From positions 319-64,318 of the forward strand of contig JAUXSB010000037.1 in assembly GCA_030681595.1 (NCBI GenBank): a stretch of 64,000 nt of DNA. Reading direction: 5' to 3'. The notes under the pieces were generated by a model, which did no database searches, had not been told where the DNA came from, and was given only the letters and a program-made list of their open reading frames with translations. This stretch comes from Candidatus Omnitrophota bacterium (GTDB lineage Bacteria; Omnitrophota; Gorgyraeia; Ghiorseimicrobiales; Ghiorseimicrobiaceae). Every line of letters begins with the position of its first letter. Position 1 is the first letter of the stretch. This document shows positions 63,702 through 64,000 of this stretch, piece by piece. The translations under genes were made by a program, and so were the position numbers.

Positions 63702-64000
63702 ATGCGCGTAATCGCGATTGCAAATCAGAAGGGTGGATGTGGCAAAACTACGAGTGCGGTAAATTTGTCGGCCGCGCTTGCTTTTTTCGGTTATAAAGTT
63801 TTACTGGTTGATTTAGACCCTCAGGCGCATGCGACACTCGGGTTAAACATATCCCGCGATATTACTATTTATGATGTGCTTTCTAAAATTTCCAAATATA
63901 AAGCGAGTTTAAAGCAAATCGTTGTTCCAGTAGCCGCTAATTTTGATTTAGCGCCTTCTAATATACTGCTTTCTACAATTGAACAGGAGCTCTCTGATGA
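63702..64000 (+). CDS. ParA/Soj-family ATPase, N-terminal part; the ORF continues beyond the window
   Basis: [23 protein letters not shown] deviant Walker A and the LLVDLDPQ motif. Not in the track because no stop codon falls inside the window. Confidence 0.85.
   Translation, partial: MRVIAIANQKGGCGKTTSAVNLSAALAFFGYKVLLVDLDPQAHATLGLNISRDITIYDVLSKISKYKASLKQIVVPVAANFDLAPSNILLSTIEQELSD

Noticed and set aside
1-64000. tRNA, rRNA, CRISPR arrays, transposases, integrases, restriction-modification or other defence genes
   Set aside because: No intergenic gap longer than about 380 bp is unexplained. The gaps contain the repeats, hairpins and promoters described above. No cloverleaf-compatible 70-90-nt segment, repeat-spacer array or recombinase motif was seen by eye. 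tRNAscan or Infernal would be needed for certainty.

Overview
This is a 64-kb window from a low-GC (about 38-40% by eye) diderm-type bacterium: it encodes porins and an LPS heptosyltransferase. I cannot place the lineage from sequence alone. All roughly 65 credible genes are on the + strand, and every minus-strand ORF in the track is a shadow of a + strand gene.

Gene order along the window:
- (1) An LPS/O-antigen-type glycan locus (1-15400):
  - an O-antigen-ligase-like C-terminal fragment, a GT9 heptosyltransferase, rmlC-rmlA-rmlB-rmlD, and a large GT2;
  - a NodU/CmcH-family carbamoyltransferase, an SxtJ-like protein, a DUF5989-like protein and a KdtX-like GT2;
  - a second carbamoyltransferase and KdtX-like GT2, an NAD-dependent epimerase, a second large GT2, gmhB, and a GT28/MGDG-synthase-like glycosyltransferase.
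- (2) A PriA-like protein, fmt, two tandem GalT-like genes, gap, a 61-aa ORF, type-III glutamine synthetase (glnN), a small secreted protein, pgk-tpiA-secG, tal, and an ornithine-cyclodeaminase-family gene.
- (3) A signalling cluster: REC-AraC, a membrane PAS histidine kinase, a REC, a REC-REC-GGDEF-HD-GYP protein, and another REC.
- (4) pckG (GTP) and purC.
- (5) A phosphate-regulon block:
  - phoB-like, phoR-like, an ACR3 arsenite carrier, a REC and a 65-aa ORF;
  - an OprO/P-like porin, pstSCAB-phoU, a second pstS-pstC-pstA, two more pstB and a second phoU.
- (6) greA and a half-size UPF0016 protein.
- (7) A glycogen block (GH57, glgA, large GH57), an outer-membrane beta-barrel candidate, a membrane-anchored hypothetical, and a partial parA at the window end.

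I found no CRISPR array, tRNA, rRNA, transposase, integrase or recognisable defence-system genes.

The unusual content is mostly non-coding or at the level of motif degeneration:
- several families of small intergenic repeats: two MITE-like families with terminal inverted repeats, a GC-rich REP-like hairpin, and a recurrent AATTCGCG-hairpin-GCTCATT 5'-leader element whose stem shows compensatory changes;
- Bacillus-PhoP-style direct-repeat Pho boxes;
- an ancient duplication of a carbamoyltransferase plus KdtX-like GT2 module, with an SxtJ/DUF5989 small-protein pair;
- a PriA homologue whose ATPase motifs are all degenerate;
- tandem GalT paralogues, one of which lacks the nucleophilic histidine.

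I could not identify a clear-cut new multi-gene system. The items above are the best leads.
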